Source of the DNA: an uncultured cyanobacterium
GTDB taxonomy: Bacteria; Cyanobacteriota; Cyanobacteriia; PCC-9006; JAAUQQ01
NCBI GenBank assembly: GCA_963718615.1
Contig: OY970368.1
Coordinates: 4,064,001-4,128,000 of the forward strand
Direction: 5' to 3'
DNA: 64,000 nt
This document shows, in pieces, positions 49,360 to 59,562 of this stretch. The notes beneath the pieces were generated by a model that worked only from the letters and a program-made list of their open reading frames with translations, was not told the DNA's origin and did no database searches. The position numbers and the translations under genes are program-made. The stretch's first letter is position 1. Each line of letters opens with the position of its first letter.

Positions 49360-50700
49360 ATGGATTTCGGTATCGGTTTTCTTTCCAACAACGTCATGCT
49401 CCCCATCCTAGATTTTTTCTATGGATTGGTACCAAGCTATGGCCTCGCCATCGTCGCGTTGACGTTGGTGGTGCGGTTTGCAGTCTTCCCGCTGAGTGCA
49501 GGGTCGATTCGCAATATGCGCAAGACCAAGGTGGTGCAGCCGATCATGCAGCAGCGCCAGCAGGAGATTCGCGATCGCTACAAGGATGACCCTGCCAAGC
49601 AGCAGGAGGAGATGGGCAAGCTCCTGAAGGAGTTTGGCAATCCCCTAGCGGGCTGCTTACCCGTGCTCTTTCAAATGCCGATTCTGTTCGCCCTGTTTGC
49701 CACGCTCCGGGGCTCGCCCTTTGCCAACACCAACTACACCGCCAATATCCAGGTGTTGCCCCAGGAAAAAATTGAACAGGTCACACCCCAAGCCTTTGCG
49801 ACCAAGCCACAAAATATTTACATCGATGAAGGGCTCCACGCTAAGGTAGCCGCGCTTCTGCCAAGCGGGACCCGCCTCGGGGTTGGGGAACGGAGCCACA
49901 TTGAATTTCAAACCGTTGAGGGGGAATCCTTTGACACCCTAGAGGCGCAGCACCCCAACGCTAGCCTCAAACCCCAGTGGACGGTGACCAAAGGGGCAGA
50001 CAAGATTCAGATCACGGAAGATGGCTCGATCGTCGCCCTCGCCCCCGGTGATGCCACGATTCAGGGCACAATTCCTGGGTTGGCAGCGGATCGCGGTTTC
50101 CTCTTTATTCAAGCGCTAGGACGCGTGGGCGCGCGCAATCCCGATAACAGCATCAACTGGGATATCGTCGGCATGGTCTTGGCCTTTGGTCTGAGTCTCT
50201 ATGTCAGCCAAACCCTCACGGGCCAAGGCGGTGGCTCCAGCAATCCTCAGCAGGAAAGTATTAATAAAATCACGCCGGTGTTGTTCTCGGGCATGTTCCT
50301 CTTCTTCCCGCTGCCGGCTGGGGTGTTGATGTACATGGTGATTGCGAATATTTTCCAGACTGCACAAACCTTTTTCTTGATGCGGGAGCCGTTGCCGGAG
50401 AATGTGCAGCAAATTCTGGATGCCCAGAAGAAACAGGAAGATGCTGCCAATAATCGCTTAGCCTTTGAACCCAAAGGGGCGAAGCAAAAGGCCAAAGAAG
50501 TTGAAACCTCGGCGAAGCCCACTAGTCCTGCGGCTAAAACAGTAAAAGCTTCTCCGAATAAGGGCTCTAGCGCAAAAGGAGCTAGCAATAAAGGCACAGC
50601 CGCTAAGGGCTCCACCGCAAAAGGAACGACGAACAAAACCGGGTCGGACAAAAATTCGACGGATAAGCGCTCCACCAACAAAAGTTCGAAGAAGGGCTAA
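49360..50700 (+). CDS. yidC: Membrane protein insertase YidC
   Basis: [28 protein letters not shown]. Confidence 0.96.
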   Translation: MDFGIGFLSNNVMLPILDFFYGLVPSYGLAIVALTLVVRFAVFPLSAGSIRNMRKTKVVQPIMQQRQQEIRDRYKDDPAKQQEEMGKLLKEFGNPLAGCLPVLFQMPILFALFATLRGSPFANTNYTANIQVLPQEKIEQVTPQAFATKPQNIYIDEGLHAKVAALLPSGTRLGVGERSHIEFQTVEGESFDTLEAQHPNASLKPQWTVTKGADKIQITEDGSIVALAPGDATIQGTIPGLAADRGFLFIQALGRVGARNPDNSINWDIVGMVLAFGLSLYVSQTLTGQGGGSSNPQQESINKITPVLFSGMFLFFPLPAGVLMYMVIANIFQTAQTFFLMREPLPENVQQILDAQKKQEDAANNRLAFEPKGAKQKAKEVETSAKPTSPAAKTVKASPNKGSSAKGASNKGTAAKGSTAKGTTNKTGSDKNSTDKRSTNKSSKKG

Positions 50701-50703
50701 GCC

Positions 50704-51228
50704 ATGAGTGATGCAACCCAGCGCCAGCTAGAACGGGGTAGTCAGTGGCTCGAAAAGCTGCTAACCCTAGCGGGCTTTCCGGCGGAGGTCGAGGCTGATT
50801 TGTCGGAGCCCCTGGCCCATAGTCCGGCCTCGGAGGAAGATCATGATGAGGTGGTCTGGCTGACAATTGGGTCAGGGGCGCTCAGTGCGGAGCAGGTGCA
50901 AATCCTGACCGGGAAAGGGGGAGCGGTGCTAGATGCCATTCAGTATATGGCGAGCCTGGAGCTCAATTTTCAGGTGGAGAAGGAAGGACAGTTGCCGTTT
51001 GTCATCGATATTGATGGCTATCGAGAAACGCGCTTGGAAGAGCTGGTCGCGATCGCCACCACCGCCGCCAACCAAGTTCAAACCACCGGCCAAGAGTATG
51101 AATTACAGGGCCTCTCCTCGGCGGAACGCCGCCAAGTTCACACCATCTTCAAGGCAAACTTCCCGGATCTAGAGACCTTTAGCCGGGGAAAAGAGCCAGA
51201 GCGCTACTTGGTGGTGCATCCCCGTTAG
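50704..51228 (+). CDS. Jag/KhpB-like RNA-binding protein (KH + R3H)
   Basis: LTGKGGAVLDAIQY, DIDGYR, ERRQVH, GKEPERYLVV. Confidence 0.9.
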   Translation: MSDATQRQLERGSQWLEKLLTLAGFPAEVEADLSEPLAHSPASEEDHDEVVWLTIGSGALSAEQVQILTGKGGAVLDAIQYMASLELNFQVEKEGQLPFVIDIDGYRETRLEELVAIATTAANQVQTTGQEYELQGLSSAERRQVHTIFKANFPDLETFSRGKEPERYLVVHPR

Positions 51229-51273
51229 GCGACCTGTTCAGTGAGGCGGCTAGTTCACTCAGGAAGGTTATCT

Positions 51274-51807
51274 ATGATGGAGAAAAAACGCTCAAACACA
51301 GCGCTGCAACCCATTCAAATCCCGCAGCTGCTGCAAATTCCGGAACGGCGTGTGACGTTGCCGGTACAGGACTATTTTCCAGATCTAGAAACCCTTACGC
51401 CGATCCAAGGTCTGGTAGAGGTGGCCCACAAGGGTAATTATTTAGATGTGAGCACTCAGGCCAAAGCCATTGTGACGCTGAGTTGCGATCGCTGTCTTTG
51501 TCAGTACAATCATCGCATTGAGCTAGAAACCCAAGAAATCATCTGGCTGGATGCTCAAGTGGATGAAGCCCCAGAGGCGCTAGAGCAGGAAGTGGAGATG
51601 GATGACCTAATTGAGTCCCTTCACCCCCAGGGCACCTTTGACCCGGCCCAGTGGCTCTACGAGCAGCTTTGCTTGGCTATTCCTCTCCAGAAGCGTTGCG
51701 ATCCAAACTGCGAAGGCATTGCCCTTGATGACGCCCAGTCCGGCCATGCCTTGGACAGCCGCTGGTCGATCTTGGCCCAGCTTAAGACCCAAATCAACGA
51801 AGCTTAG
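51274..51807 (+). CDS. YceD/DUF177 family protein
   Basis: CDRCL, CDPNCEGI, DSRWSIL. Confidence 0.9.
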   Translation: MMEKKRSNTALQPIQIPQLLQIPERRVTLPVQDYFPDLETLTPIQGLVEVAHKGNYLDVSTQAKAIVTLSCDRCLCQYNHRIELETQEIIWLDAQVDEAPEALEQEVEMDDLIESLHPQGTFDPAQWLYEQLCLAIPLQKRCDPNCEGIALDDAQSGHALDSRWSILAQLKTQINEA

Positions 51808-51847
51808 GGAAACGTAGGAGAAACTTAGGGAAACCTTCGGGAATGTC

Positions 51848-53362
51848 ATGGCCTTCAAAACCGAGTTTGAGCTTTTGTTGCGATCGCGCTATCCCCTGCT
51901 CTATATTCCCACCACCGAAGAAGAGCGCCTGGAAACCGCAATTCAGCAATGCGCCGAGGCCCTCGGCAGCCGTCCCGTCTACACCTGGGATTTTGTCGAG
52001 GGCTATCAGGGCAATCCCAACGACAGTGGCCTCGCCAAACGCAACCCACTTCAGGCCCTGGAGTTTCTGGAAAAGCTCAATCCTAATGCTTCGGCAATCA
52101 TTGTCCTGCGGGATTTTCATCGTTTCTTGAATGACATCGCCATTTCTCGAAAGCTGCGCAACCTCGGTCGACAGCTCAAATCCCAACCGAAGAATATTGT
52201 GATCACCGCTGCGGAGTTAGAAATCCCAACGGAGCTGAGCGAACTGATTACCGTCGTCGAATTTCCCCTGCCCGATGGAGCAACCATTCGCCAGGAGTTG
52301 GAGCGGCTGGTGGTGGCGACGGGGCAACGGCTAGAGGCCAAAAACCTCGATGAGCTGGTGCGAACCTGCCAGGGACTCACCCTAGAGCGGATTCGGCGAG
52401 TCTTGGCACGGGCGATCGCCACCCACGGCAAACTCGACACCGACGACCTCGATCTGGTCCTGGAAGAAAAGCGCCAAACCATTCGCCAGACCCAAATTCT
52501 CGATTTTTACCCAGCCACCGAGCAAATTTCTGAGATTGGTGGTCTCGATAATCTCAAAGATTGGCTGCTACGGCGAGGCGGGGCCTTTTCCGAAAAAGCG
52601 CGGCAGTATGGTTTGCCCCATCCTCGGGGACTCCTGCTCGTGGGGGTCCAGGGCACCGGGAAATCCTTGACGGCGAAGGCGATCGCCCACCACTGGCACC
52701 TCCCCCTCCTGCGTCTAGATGTGGGCCGATTATTTGCCGGACTGGTGGGAGAATCAGAATCCCGCACCCGCCAAATGATCCAACTCGCAGAGGCCCTCTC
52801 TCCTTGCATTCTCTGGATTGACGAAATTGACAAAGCCTTTGCAGGGCTCGATGGCCGTGGCGATTCCGGGACAACAAACCGGGTATTTGGTACCTTTATC
52901 ACCTGGCTTGCCGAAAAGAAAACCCCAGTCTTTGTCGTAGCAACAGCCAATAATATCCAGTCGCTGCCCGCTGAGTTATTACGCAAAGGTCGGTTTGACG
53001 AAATTTTCTTTGTAGGGCTCCCCAATCAGGATGAGCGCAAGGCCATTTTTGAAGTTCATCTCTCGCGGCTTCGGCCCCACAATCTCAAATCCTACGATAT
53101 GGCTCGCCTTGCCTACGAAACCCCCGATTTCTCCGGGGCCGAAATCGAACAGACCCTCGTCGAAGCCATGCACATTGGCTTTAGCCAAAACCGCGACTTC
53201 ACCACCGACGATGTCCTCGAAGCCGCCAGCCAAATCGTTCCCCTAGCCCGCACCGCCCAGGACCAAATTGAAGCGCTCCAAGCCTGGGCCGCCGGAGGCC
53301 GCGCCCGCCCAGCGTCGCGCTATAGCAGCCTCAGCAGCCGGATTCAGGGCATGGGACCCTAG
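51848..53362 (+). CDS. ycf46: Ycf46 AAA ATPase
   Basis: IGGLDNLK, GVQGTGKS, WIDEIDK, RKGRFDE. Confidence 0.92.
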   Translation: MAFKTEFELLLRSRYPLLYIPTTEEERLETAIQQCAEALGSRPVYTWDFVEGYQGNPNDSGLAKRNPLQALEFLEKLNPNASAIIVLRDFHRFLNDIAISRKLRNLGRQLKSQPKNIVITAAELEIPTELSELITVVEFPLPDGATIRQELERLVVATGQRLEAKNLDELVRTCQGLTLERIRRVLARAIATHGKLDTDDLDLVLEEKRQTIRQTQILDFYPATEQISEIGGLDNLKDWLLRRGGAFSEKARQYGLPHPRGLLLVGVQGTGKSLTAKAIAHHWHLPLLRLDVGRLFAGLVGESESRTRQMIQLAEALSPCILWIDEIDKAFAGLDGRGDSGTTNRVFGTFITWLAEKKTPVFVVATANNIQSLPAELLRKGRFDEIFFVGLPNQDERKAIFEVHLSRLRPHNLKSYDMARLAYETPDFSGAEIEQTLVEAMHIGFSQNRDFTTDDVLEAASQIVPLARTAQDQIEALQAWAAGGRARPASRYSSLSSRIQGMGP

Positions 53363-53506
53363 GAGAGTTCTAGGCGTTTCTAGGGATGTTTCTCGGCAAT
53401 CCAATCAGCCACTTGCCGGATTCCCAAGCAGAAATGCGCCATTCTTAGCGGCTTGCTGTAGCATAGGCAGACGTTACACCCCTTCCCCTTTTAGCGGTGA
53501 CAATCC

Positions 53507-53980
53507 ATGCGTCTGTCTGGCTGTTTCCGAGTGATGCTCGGCATTTTTATTGCGATCGCCCTCATCGGTGCAGGTCTCTACGCCGTCGCCCGCTACTACC
53601 AAGATAAATACGGTATTGCCCCAGAAAAACCCCTGTTTGCCGAGGAGCAAGGCAAAGCCTTTGAGCCCCTCCAGACCCGAGCACCTGAGCCGCCACCAGA
53701 AGCCAAACCCGCTAGCGCGGCTAAGCCCACTGCAACCCCTACGCCCAAACCCAGCCCCACCCCAGTCCCCAAGGGAGATAAGGCCGTCGTGGTTTGGCCC
53801 GAAGGTTTGATTGTGCGATCGAGCGCCGCCGTCGAGGGGGAGCAAATCGGCGGCATCGAGTACAACCGCGAGGTTTACATCTTAGAAAGCACCGAGGGTT
53901 GGCAAAAAATCAAAGTGGCCAACGGCGATCTTGAAGGCTGGGTCAGGGCAGGTAACCTGGAGGTTGTTAAGGGGCAGTAA
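53507..53980 (+). CDS. Membrane-anchored SH3-domain protein
   Basis: TM helix, Pro-rich linker, WPEGLIVR...GWQKI...EGWV. Confidence 0.82.
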   Translation: MRLSGCFRVMLGIFIAIALIGAGLYAVARYYQDKYGIAPEKPLFAEEQGKAFEPLQTRAPEPPPEAKPASAAKPTATPTPKPSPTPVPKGDKAVVVWPEGLIVRSSAAVEGEQIGGIEYNREVYILESTEGWQKIKVANGDLEGWVRAGNLEVVKGQ

Positions 53981-54149
53981 TAGTTTGCGAGAGATTATTA
54001 AGAACCTTGGAGGAATATCAACCTTAATATCGGTCTCGGGGGGTCATGGGTTGAGCGCTGAGGCAGAGATGATAGCGTTACAAGCAATACGCTTTTCATC
54101 ACACTGCTTTTAGTCACATCCCCATTTACAACCCTCCCCATTGACCACC

Positions 54150-54320
54150 ATGTATAACAAAGACTCGGGCCACGATTGGGTTAGCGAAGTCATTATTGCC
54201 GCTGCGGGTGCCGGAGTCGCCACCACATTTGCTGTGGCACGGGGACAAAATCCCCTCCTAGCCTTGGGCATTACGTTATTTGCTGCGGGGATGGCGATCG
54301 CCATCAACCGGCTGCTCTAA
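54150..54320 (+). CDS. Small two-helix membrane protein (56 aa)
   Basis: Manual translation MYNKDSGHDWVSEVIIAAAGAGVATTFAVARGQNPLLALGITLFAAGMAIAINRLL; followed by a terminator. Confidence 0.7.
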   Translation: MYNKDSGHDWVSEVIIAAAGAGVATTFAVARGQNPLLALGITLFAAGMAIAINRLL

Positions 54321-54390
54321 ATTAATCCGCGAGCTTGCATTTACGTCTTGCATTGGTGTAAAAGCATTGCTCCGATTTCATCCTCTCTAT

Positions 54391-54419
54391 AAAGCCTGGG
54401 TTAAAAACCTGGGCTTTTT
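54391..54419 (+). terminator. Putative intrinsic terminator
   Basis: AAAGCCTGGGTT-AAA-AACCTGGGCTTTTT. Confidence 0.55.
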
Positions 54420-54462
54420 ATTGGATTCTCGCCACAATCAACGGGCTGAAACGCAAAGCATC

Positions 54463-54497
54463 AAAAAGGCCCTGCACCTTTGGCAGAGGTACAGGGC
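54463..54497 (-). terminator. Putative glgB terminator
   Basis: Minus strand GCCCTGTACCTCTGCCAAAGGTGCAGGGC-CTTTTT. Confidence 0.6.
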
Positions 54498-54518
54498 GCT
54501 TTCCACAAAATTACTCGA

Positions 54519-56819
54519 TTAATTGGAAGACCCTTCTAGGGCAGCAGCAGTCTTCTCGCGATCAAGCTTAAACACCAGCGTTGCCAAGGGGGGCAAGCAC
54601 AGATCTAAGGAATAGGGACGACCATGGAAGGACCATTCCTCCGCCCATTTACCCCCCAGATTACCCATGTTACTGCCGCCAAATTCTTTGGAATCGCTAT
54701 TGAATCGCTCTTCGTAGAACCCTAACTCCGGCACGCCAATACGGTAATGGGCATGAGGTTGGGGCGTAAAGTTACACACTACAATCATCCGGTTGTTGGT
54801 ACCTTTTTCCTTACGACTAAAGGCAATCACGCTGTGGCGATTGTCGCTACAGTCAATCCACTCGAAGCCTTCGTTGGAGAAGTCATCGGTAAACAAACAG
54901 GGCTCACTGCGGTAGAGCTGGTTCAAGGCTGAGACAAAGTGCTTGAGCTGTTCGTGGGGTTTGTGCTGAAGCAAATCCCAATCCAGATCATTCCAGACAT
55001 TCCACTCGTTCCACTGACCATACTCCATGCTCATGAAGAGGGTCTTTTTGCCGGGGTGAGTGAACATATAGGTGTAGAGACACCGAATATTAGAAAACTT
55101 CTGCCATTCGTCACCAGGCATCTTGCCCAGCATGTTGCGCTTGCCGTGGACGACTTCGTCGTGGGACAGCGCGAGCATAAAGTTTTCGCTGAAGGCGTAC
55201 CAAATACTGAACGTGACATTGTTTTGATGGAACTGCCGGAACCAGGGGTCCATGGCAAAGTAATCCAACATGTCATGCATCCAGCCCATGTTCCACTTGA
55301 GGTTGAAGCCCAAGCCCCCCACATAGGTTGGCCAGGACACCATGGGCCAGGAAGTGGACTCCTCAGCGATCGACAGAATCCCAGGAAAATAGCTAAACAG
55401 CAAATGGTTCGTCTGGCGTAGGAAATCTGCCGCTGCAATATTTTCACAACCGCCATAGTCATTGGCGACCCACTCGCCATCCTTGCGGTTGTAGTTGAGG
55501 TAGAGCATAGACGCCACCGCATCCACCCGCATCCCATCAATGTGATATTTGTCAAACCAGAAGAGCGCGTTGGCCACCAGGAAGTTGCGCACTTCATTGC
55601 GGTTGTAATTGAAAACTAGGGTGCCCCACTCCTTATGTTCGCCCTTGCGGGGGTCCGCATGTTCATAGAGGTGAGTGCCATCAAAGAATGCCAGACCATG
55701 GCCATCCTTAGGGAAGTGACCGGGAACCCAGTCCACAATCACGCCGATGTCATTTTGGTGGCACTGGTCCACGAAGTACATGAAATCCTGCGGGGTTCCA
55801 AATCGAGAGGTAGCGGCGTAGTAGCCAGTCACCTGATAGCCCCAGGAACCATCAAAGGGGTGCTCCGCCACGGGAAGCACTTCGATGTGGGTAAAGCCTA
55901 ATTCTTTAACGTAGGGAATGAGGCGATCGGCCATTTCCCGATAGGTCAAGAACCGAGCCCCCGGCTTATATTCCGCCACATCCACAGGGGGCTGCAAGCT
56001 GCCATCCGGAAGCTTGGCGGGTTCATCGCTGGAACCATGCATCCAAGAGCCTAGATGGACTTCATAAACCGAAATAGGCCGAGTTAGAGGTTCCTGACTG
56101 CGGCGCTGCTCTAGCCAGTCTTGGTCTTGCCAAGTATAGCTTTCTAAGTCCGCGACGATGGAAGCGGTCTTGGGACGAACTTCCTGCTGAAACCCATAGG
56201 GGTCCGATTTTTCGTAAATGTGCCCCTCGGCGTTCTTGATTTCGTATTTGTAGGCCGCTCCAATGCCGACCTCTGGAATAAAAATCTCCCAAATACCGCC
56301 GTCCCGCCTCCGCATTTGGTGCTTGCGCCCGTCCCAATCGTTAAAGTCCCCCAGGACCGAAACATTGCGAGCGTTGGGAGCCCAAACAGAAAAGTAGGTT
56401 CCGGCAACGCCCTCGACGGTAACAAGGTGTGCCCCTAGCTTTTCGTAGATGCGATGATGGTTTCCCTCTGCAAAAAGGTGAATATCAAAGTCTGTCAGCA
56501 GCGGTGACTTGAAAGCGTAGGTATCATAAAAGACACGTTCATGCTCGCCCTCATGGACTTTGAGCTGATAGTTCCCCAGGTCCTGGGTCTCAATAATGCA
56601 TTCAAAAAAGTGGGGATGGTGAACCGACGACATCGGCAGCTCTTGGCGCTGCTCAGGACGAATGACCCAAGCGGCTGTTGCTGTCGGTAGATAGGCACGG
56701 ACCACCCAGGCACTTTTGCCATCCTGCTCAATGGGATGGGGTCCTAATACCTCAAAGGGATCGTGATGATAGTTATGCACCACGCGGTCAATCTGATCGG
56801 GACTGATAGTCGCTACCAT
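54519..56819 (-). CDS. glgB: 1,4-alpha-glucan branching enzyme
   Basis: [42 protein letters not shown]. Confidence 0.98.
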   Translation of the reverse strand: MVATISPDQIDRVVHNYHHDPFEVLGPHPIEQDGKSAWVVRAYLPTATAAWVIRPEQRQELPMSSVHHPHFFECIIETQDLGNYQLKVHEGEHERVFYDTYAFKSPLLTDFDIHLFAEGNHHRIYEKLGAHLVTVEGVAGTYFSVWAPNARNVSVLGDFNDWDGRKHQMRRRDGGIWEIFIPEVGIGAAYKYEIKNAEGHIYEKSDPYGFQQEVRPKTASIVADLESYTWQDQDWLEQRRSQEPLTRPISVYEVHLGSWMHGSSDEPAKLPDGSLQPPVDVAEYKPGARFLTYREMADRLIPYVKELGFTHIEVLPVAEHPFDGSWGYQVTGYYAATSRFGTPQDFMYFVDQCHQNDIGVIVDWVPGHFPKDGHGLAFFDGTHLYEHADPRKGEHKEWGTLVFNYNRNEVRNFLVANALFWFDKYHIDGMRVDAVASMLYLNYNRKDGEWVANDYGGCENIAAADFLRQTNHLLFSYFPGILSIAEESTSWPMVSWPTYVGGLGFNLKWNMGWMHDMLDYFAMDPWFRQFHQNNVTFSIWYAFSENFMLALSHDEVVHGKRNMLGKMPGDEWQKFSNIRCLYTYMFTHPGKKTLFMSMEYGQWNEWNVWNDLDWDLLQHKPHEQLKHFVSALNQLYRSEPCLFTDDFSNEGFEWIDCSDNRHSVIAFSRKEKGTNNRMIVVCNFTPQPHAHYRIGVPELGFYEERFNSDSKEFGGSNMGNLGGKWAEEWSFHGRPYSLDLCLPPLATLVFKLDREKTAAALEGSSN

Positions 56820-56984
56820 TGCAGAGGTTTAGGCTATAAATAAAAAGGACAAAGAATCGACGCTGTTGATACTGTAACAGCGGGATCTTCAAAACCGTTA
56901 TGTCTCTTCTGAAAGAAATAAACATACCTCACCGCTATCACAAGCCATTCGCGACATGAAGGGGACAGTCCTATCTTTTTGATC

Positions 56985-57000
56985 TGTATTGCTCTGTACA
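56985..57000. promoter_or_regulatory. Possible NtcA box upstream of glgB
   Basis: TGTA-TTGCTCTG-TACA; no -10 box at the class II spacing. Confidence 0.4.
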
Positions 57001-57582
57001 GGTGAAGCCAAAACGACACATCTGAGATCTTTATACCACGGTTACGTATTAGACAAGATCATGGTATGTGTCGAAAAGTGGGCAGGTGGTTAAGTACTAA
57101 GGCTTCCTGGAAAATCATAATAGGAGTAGGGAGGGAAGGAAAAATCCCTGTCAGACTCCCTGTCAAAACAGTGCACAAGTGAAGTTGAAGATAACCTTAG
57201 CAGCCGTTCAAGGGATCAAGAACATGACCCACAATCTTGCCAGCAAGGAGCCCCCCCCTGTATCTAAACATGAATTACCCAACGGAAGGGGTCATCGCTG
57301 AACAAGCAAGCCTGGTATTTGGAGTTGCATCGGCTTCGCTCAAAGCCAAGGGGGGAGAGACTCATTGACTGCTCCCCATTCTAGAAGGGTTGAAAGCAAT
57401 GCCTCATAAAGAGTCTATAGATTTAGGTCCTCTCTGGGGAGGCGAAACGAGAATTGCTCCCTTACGGTCGCGTTCCTATCCCTCCCCATGCCTGGAGGCA
57501 GGGGACTCTCGGAGAAATTAGATGAGGCAACCTCCGCAAAGTCAGGACGTTGTGACATGAATAATTGAGCAAAGCTATGAAC

Positions 57583-59367
57583 TTAGAGTTTTGCAGACTG
57601 CCAAGCGGGCTGGTACTGATATTGAGCAAATTCCATGCGCATTTCCTGCATGTCTGTGTTCTTTGGCAGATGCTTAGTTTTTGACAGATAGATTTTTTCA
57701 CCTATGACCGATTGACCTGACAAAACAAGTAAGCGGAAAAAGTGATACATGTGGCGAGGATTCAACAAGCCTCGAACGCCAAACCCCTTCCATTGAAATT
57801 TCAAGTACCAAATTGCAATAAACAGGTAGGCATGCTTCATTCCCGCAAATACATTGCACCGCAGTGGTTCAAACTTGGCGTTTTCAAGGAAGTGATCAAA
57901 ATGATTCAGAGGACTATAGTCTCCAATCAATTGATCTGCTCGATAAGCATCCATTAAGCCAATATTTTTTCCACTTTCAACCAGTTGATTAAATTGCTCG
58001 TACACATCAACAAACAAGCCTTTCATATTGGCAGGAAGCAACTTCAAAAACTTATTGACAAAGGTAAGATTGAGATGCCATTTACCGACATACATGGGAA
58101 CATGAACACCAAACCACCACATGTACTCAAAATAGACACGCCAACTCATGACACTAGCATTACCTAACTGCTTGTCATGGAAACGAATCAGATGATTGAC
58201 ATTCTCTGCATAGGCTAGATTAAAGCGATTATAGGCTGAACGCTTTGTTTCGGCATCTGCTTCGCCCATCAATTTAGCGCGAATAATTTCAGTAATCCCC
58301 TCAACGGCAAATGCAATAGTTGTCGTTCCATAGGAATAGAAAGCATCGAAAATGAAGGCAGAATCTCCAAGAACATACCAGTTATTAGGGGAGAACATCT
58401 CCTTACTCTTGTAGGCCACTTTAGGTCGATAGTGGAAATCAATATCGTCGCCTGATTTCACTAAATTGTAGAGGATCTTATGGTTAGCCTCTAGGAAAGC
58501 GTAGAACTTATCCTTGGTGTTAATCGACTGCGCAGGAATCACATCATGGTGATGGATAATACCAATAGATAACTCCATTGATTCACGGTCTGTGGGAATC
58601 ATCCATAGCCAGTGACCCTGACCAAAAAAATGATTGGTTGCATAATAGCTACTGGTAGTTGCACGATTGGGATCATAGCCTTTGTCAAATAATGTCCGAT
58701 CAACATTTTTAACGCGAACCCAAGTGGAACCAGTATTCAGACCGTACAGTTTTTCGCGATCGGTAATCACATTGTCGGTTTTGTTGCCAATGATAAAGTT
58801 GCGTCCAGCAGCATCAACCACGTGCTTCGCAGAAAGCTCAAGTAATTCGTCACCCAGTTTCACCTTGACCGTCTTAATTGCATCGCCTTCCGTTAGGTCC
58901 ACATCCACAACGCGGCCATTATAGAATATAACTCCCATCTCCTTATTCATCGCAAGTACATCGCGCTCAAATTTGGCCCGATTCATGTGAAAAGAGGCGA
59001 TCGCAGTCTGACGATTTGACCAAACATGGTAATAGTCATCAAGCTGCTCAGTACTACCAACCTGTTTAGGCCAGTGAAAATTAAGACCAGCTTTGGGTGT
59101 ATGATTTTCAATCATATATTCATGTAATCCCAGCTCCTTACACACAAATAAAGCTGCAACCTCGACCATTGATTCACCAATCTTCATATCCTTCACCTCT
59201 CGCTCCTCTGGTCGAAAATCAATCAGAGCAACTCTAATATTCGGGATATTGAGCATTAGGTGTCTTGCCTGACAAACGCCAGCAAAACCAGCTCCCATGA
59301 TCACCACATCATAATCATGCGAAACAGCAGAGTTGAAAGATTTCTCAAGTACTTGTATCGTATTCAT
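57583..59367 (-). CDS. Flavin-dependent halogenase, AerJ/ApdC/McnD-like
   Basis: GAGFAG, KIGES, PKAGLNFHW, DAAGR, HWLWMIP (WxWxIP), GDSAFIFDAFYSYG. Confidence 0.85.
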   Translation of the reverse strand: MNTIQVLEKSFNSAVSHDYDVVIMGAGFAGVCQARHLMLNIPNIRVALIDFRPEEREVKDMKIGESMVEVAALFVCKELGLHEYMIENHTPKAGLNFHWPKQVGSTEQLDDYYHVWSNRQTAIASFHMNRAKFERDVLAMNKEMGVIFYNGRVVDVDLTEGDAIKTVKVKLGDELLELSAKHVVDAAGRNFIIGNKTDNVITDREKLYGLNTGSTWVRVKNVDRTLFDKGYDPNRATTSSYYATNHFFGQGHWLWMIPTDRESMELSIGIIHHHDVIPAQSINTKDKFYAFLEANHKILYNLVKSGDDIDFHYRPKVAYKSKEMFSPNNWYVLGDSAFIFDAFYSYGTTTIAFAVEGITEIIRAKLMGEADAETKRSAYNRFNLAYAENVNHLIRFHDKQLGNASVMSWRVYFEYMWWFGVHVPMYVGKWHLNLTFVNKFLKLLPANMKGLFVDVYEQFNQLVESGKNIGLMDAYRADQLIGDYSPLNHFDHFLENAKFEPLRCNVFAGMKHAYLFIAIWYLKFQWKGFGVRGLLNPRHMYHFFRLLVLSGQSVIGEKIYLSKTKHLPKNTDMQEMRMEFAQYQYQPAWQSAKL

Positions 59368-59562
59368 GTTCTCTCCTCTCCAAAGGAAATAAGATGTAAG
59401 TTTGCGTTAGAGGTGTGAGGTTCGATCGCAGGAGGGTAAATTACCGCTTCAGCCTAAGTTACTTAGCTCAGGCTGAATATCCTAAGGTCATCAATCACAG
59501 TAGATTTGGCTGGGGCATAGCATAACTAGGAAATAGCATGACTAATCCGCCTTCAAAGAACC

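Noticed and set aside
56834-57580. RiPP precursor for the halogenases
   Set aside because: Only short ORFs with no leader-like features (no double-Gly, Nif11 or repeated core) were found by eye
59448-59477. Hairpin TTCAGCCT...AGGCTGAA between halogenases as a mobile-element end
   Set aside because: Single short hairpin with no partner or target duplication; more likely an mRNA structure
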